From Acutalibacteraceae bacterium (GTDB lineage Bacteria > Bacteroidota > Bacteroidia > Bacteroidales > Bacteroidaceae): a DNA stretch of 64,000 nt. Position numbers and translations under genes: made by a program. Under the pieces are notes generated by a model, which saw nothing but the letters and a program-made list of their open reading frames with translations, did not search any database and had not been told where the DNA came from. Positions 60,701 through 64,000 of this stretch are shown one piece after another (the first letter of the stretch is position 1; every line of letters starts with the position of its first letter). Where the stretch lies: contig CAVBXH010000001.1 in the NCBI GenBank assembly GCA_963599475.1, positions 4,602 through 68,601 on the forward strand, read 5' to 3'.

Positions 60701-61671
60701 ATTCGGGGCAACAGCAGGCCGGATCGGGCATCGGACTGAATATGGTGCAGGAGTATGTCAAACTGCATGGAGGTACGATTGCACTGGAGAGCGAGCCAGG
60801 GAAAGGTTCACGCTTCATTGTGAATATTCCCACCGACTTGAAGCCGGAAACGCAACCGTTGCAGGAAGAAATCACCGAGAAAAACGAAACGGCCAGCGTG
60901 ACGACAGAAGCGCCAGGAAAACGGGAGAAAACCGTCCTCGTTGTAGAGGACAACGACGACTTCCGCCACTTCCTCGTCCGCGAATTAGGGCGTGTATACA
61001 GTAAGGTCATCGTAGCCAAGGACGGCATTGAGGGCGCACTGTTGGCGGAAAGCGAGAATCCCGACATCGTGGTGAGCGACGTGATGATGCCGCGCATGAA
61101 CGGCACAGACCTGTGCCACCGCATCAAGGAGAACCTTGACACCTCCCACATCCCCGTTGTCCTGCTCACGGCGTGGAGCACGGACGAGAGCCAGACGGAG
61201 GGCTACAAGGCCGGAGCCGATGCCTACATCGCCAAGCCGTTCGACATGGAGGTGTTGCTGGCGCGCATCGGCAATCTGCTGGAGAAACAGGAGAAACGGC
61301 AAAGGGACTTCTCCCACAGCCTCTCGCTTGACCCGAAAACCGTGACTGACTCCACCCCCGACGAGCACTTCCTTCAAGAAATCATTGCCTGCATCGAGAA
61401 AAAACTCGACGACTCGGAATACACCATCGACTCGCTTGCTGGCGATGTGGTGATGTCGCGCATGAGCCTCTACCGCAAGATGAAGGCACTGACGGGACAG
61501 ACACCTGCCGACTTCATCCGAACGGTGCGGCTGAAAACAGCGGCAAGGCTGCTGAAGCAGGGACAGTGCAATGTCTCGGAGGCTTGCTACCGCACCGGCT
61601 TCGCCTCACCGCAGAACTTCGCGCGCCATTTCAAGGAGATGTTTGGCGTGCTGCCGTCGCAATATTCATAG
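57708..61671 (+). pseudogene. Hybrid two-component sensor-regulator (HTCS) interrupted by an in-frame TGA (58137-58139) and a G10 frameshift (59028-59037)
   Basis: Signal peptide and propeller repeats, Y_Y_Y, TM, HisKA (SHEFRT), HATPase (NLLSNAFKF, DTGCGI, GSGIGL), receiver (VEDN, DVMMP) and AraC domains spread over three ORFs. Confidence 0.88.
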
Positions 61672-61672
61672 A

Positions 61673-61712
61673 TTGGTACGTTTCACACATATCGTTGGTA
61701 CGTTTGATACAT
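61673..61712 (+). promoter_or_regulatory. Direct-repeat operator candidate with 22-bp period upstream of the ECF sigma gene
   Basis: TTGGTACGTTTCACACAT at 61673 and TTGGTACGTTTGATACAT at 61695; TACCTTTG -7 motif at 61733-61740. Confidence 0.65.
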
Positions 61713-61770
61713 CCGCCTACGCAGAATCCCACTACCTTTGCAGCGGAAACCAAAAAACCTACCAACCGAC

Positions 61771-62286
61771 ATGGAACAAGGAAACAACGACCAGCGGCAA
61801 ATGATTGCCGACTGCTATACGGCATTCTGCCCGGAACTCGTGAACTTCGCTGCTGCCCGACTGGGCAACCGGCAGGAGAGTGAAGACCTCGTGCAGGACG
61901 TTTTCGTCAAGATGATGACCTTCGAGGGACTGGTCTGCGAGGCCACCGTCAAGGCATTCGCCTTCACCATCGCCGCCAACAAGGTCAAGGACTGTCTGCG
62001 CCACCGCATCTTCCGCCATCAGATGGAGGAAAACCGGAGATATGAGGCAGAGCTGCAGCACAGTCCTGCAGATCGCACGGCGGAATACCACGACGCGCTG
62101 CGACTTGTCAACGAGTACATCGCGCGCCTCTCTCCCACCTGCGGCAAGGTGTATCGCATGAGTCTCTTCGGCGGCATGACGGCCGGTGACATCGCCGAGG
62201 AACTACAAGTATCAAAGCGCACCATAGAGTCACAGCTCCTCTCCTCGCGCAAACAACTGCGGGCAATGCTGAGGAAGGCCATGTAA
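61771..62286 (+). CDS. ECF-type sigma-70 factor
   Basis: SEDLVQDVFVK region 2, DIAEELQVSKRTIE region 4. Start MEQGNN. Confidence 0.9.
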   Translation: MEQGNNDQRQMIADCYTAFCPELVNFAAARLGNRQESEDLVQDVFVKMMTFEGLVCEATVKAFAFTIAANKVKDCLRHRIFRHQMEENRRYEAELQHSPADRTAEYHDALRLVNEYIARLSPTCGKVYRMSLFGGMTAGDIAEELQVSKRTIESQLLSSRKQLRAMLRKAM

Positions 62287-62398
62287 CCATCGCATCCGTT
62301 CGGGAAACGGACTATGGAACAGAAAAAGACCTTTTCTTTTTGTATTTCTCTCACTTATTCGTACCTTTGTCAGCAGAAAACCTCAATACGAAAATGAC

Positions 62399-64000
62399 AT
62401 GACGATTCTAAAACACCTACCACTCTTCCTGTTTCTCTTGTCCTCACACACAGCGATGGCCGGCAACACAGGCCGGCAACAACTGCCCATGCGGCTCGTC
62501 TACGACCGGCAGGCACGCTATTTCGAGGAGTCGCTGCCCATCGGCAACGGCAAGATGGGGGCACTGGTGTATGGGGGCGCAGACGACTGCCTCATCTATC
62601 TGAACGACATCACGCTGTGGACGGGAAAGCCCGTGGACCCGGACGAGGGAAAGGGGGCTGCGAAATGGATTCCCGAGATTCGAAAGGCGCTCTTTGCCGA
62701 GGACTATCCGCGCGCCGACAGCCTGCAACTCCACGTGGAGGGGCACAACTCTGAGTACTATCAGCCTTTGGCCACCATCCATCTCTACGACTGGAACCAA
62801 GGGAAGGTGAAGAACTACTGGCGCTGTCTCGACATCGACCGGGCAGTAGTCTCCGACCGCTTCGAACGCAACGGCGTGACCTTCACACGCGAATACATTG
62901 CCTCGCACCCCGACCGCACCATCGCCATACGCCTCACGGCCAGCAAACCGGGCGCACTCAACTGCCGACTGGCCATCGGGGCGCAAGTGCCCCACCAAGT
63001 GAAGGCCAGCAGCAACGGCCAGCTCACGCTGACGGGACACGCCACGGGCGACGCTGCGGAGAGCATCCACTTCTGCACCATCGTGCGACTGGGCGAGACG
63101 GACGGCACAACGACGGCAGACAGCGAGGGACTGACACTGCGCCACGCCACTACGGCCACCGTCTACATTGTCAACGCCACCAGCTTCAACGGTCCACACA
63201 ACCATCCCGTCACGGACGGAGCTCCCTATCTGGAACAGGCGGCTGACGATGTCTGGCACACGGTCAACACGACCTTCGCCGAGGTGCAACAGCGACACAT
63301 CAGCGACTATCGGGAGTTCTACGACCGCGTCAAGCTCCATTTGGGCGGAACAATGCCCGAGGTGACCACCGATAGCCTCCTGCGCCAGCAGGGCAATGCC
63401 TATCTCGAAACGCTGTATTTCCAGTACGGACGCTACCTGCTCATCAGCTGCTCGCGGACTCCGGGTGTGCCAGCCAACCTGCAGGGACTGTGGACACCGC
63501 ACCTCCGCTCGCCGTGGCGCGGAAACTACACGATGAACATCAACCTGGAGGAGAACTACTGGCCCGCCTTCACCACCAACCTGGCGGAGATGGCGCAGCC
63601 GCTCGACGCGTTTATCGAAGCACTGGCGCGGAACGGACGGAACACCGCCCAGAACTTCTACGGCATCGGGCAGGGATGGTGCGCCAGCCACAACAGCGAC
63701 CTGTGGGCGATGACCAACCCCGTGGGAGAGAACCGCGAGAGCCCGATGTGGAGCTGCTGGAACATGGGCGGAGCATGGCTCGTCAACACGATGTGGGAAC
63801 GATACCTCTTCACACGCGATGAGGACTATCTGCGCCGCGTCGCACTGCCACTGATGCAGGGGGCTGACGACTTCTGCGACGCCTGGCTGACGGAAGATCC
63901 CAACCAGCCGGGACAACTCATCACCGCGCCCTCCACCTCGCCGGAGAATGAATACGTGACGGACAAGGGCTACGTGGGCACGACCTGCTACGGTGGCACG
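62399..64000 (+). CDS. GH95 alpha-L-fucosidase-like glycoside hydrolase (runs off window end)
   Basis: Manual translation: MTILKHLPLFLFLL...ESLPIGNGKMGALVYGG, YFQYGRYLLISCSR, PANLQGLW, YTMNINLEENYWP, PSTSPENEY. TACCTTTG at 62362-62369. Confidence 0.93.
   Translation, partial: MTILKHLPLFLFLLSSHTAMAGNTGRQQLPMRLVYDRQARYFEESLPIGNGKMGALVYGGADDCLIYLNDITLWTGKPVDPDEGKGAAKWIPEIRKALFAEDYPRADSLQLHVEGHNSEYYQPLATIHLYDWNQGKVKNYWRCLDIDRAVVSDRFERNGVTFTREYIASHPDRTIAIRLTASKPGALNCRLAIGAQVPHQVKASSNGQLTLTGHATGDAAESIHFCTIVRLGETDGTTTADSEGLTLRHATTATVYIVNATSFNGPHNHPVTDGAPYLEQAADDVWHTVNTTFAEVQQRHISDYREFYDRVKLHLGGTMPEVTTDSLLRQQGNAYLETLYFQYGRYLLISCSRTPGVPANLQGLWTPHLRSPWRGNYTMNINLEENYWPAFTTNLAEMAQPLDAFIEALARNGRNTAQNFYGIGQGWCASHNSDLWAMTNPVGENRESPMWSCWNMGGAWLVNTMWERYLFTRDEDYLRRVALPLMQGADDFCDAWLTEDPNQPGQLITAPSTSPENEYVTDKGYVGTTCYGGT

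Overview
This window looks like Bacteroidales chromosome, most likely Prevotellaceae, based on GC-rich codon usage, TAnnTTTG promoter motifs and SusC/SusD loci. It carries three SusC/SusD polysaccharide-utilisation loci (PULs) and the start of a probable fourth carbohydrate locus (HTCS, ECF sigma, GH95). Housekeeping genes include obgE, adk, hpt, nnr, malQ, recG, ispD, pdxJ and nadK. There is also a complete trp operon, a MacAB-TolC-type exporter and two AT-richer accessory genes (AAA/DUF4143 ATPase and an Rpn/PD-(D/E)XK protein). The most unusual observations are: (1) an 85-bp, 84/85-identical direct repeat encodes the same signal peptide at the start of both susC and the GH31 gene and brackets the susC-susD pair like an in-frame removable cassette; (2) that locus is preceded by a membrane-spanning AraC regulator resembling an HTCS without its kinase and receiver domains; (3) the trp operon is circularly permuted (D-C-F-A-B-E-G) and has an unannotated WWW leader-peptide attenuator; (4) homopolymer frameshifts occur in a susC (C6) and an HTCS (G10, plus a nonsense codon); (5) several structured intergenic repeat arrays are present. 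No rRNA, tRNA, CRISPR array or canonical IS element was seen. All calls come from reading the sequence; no database searches were run.
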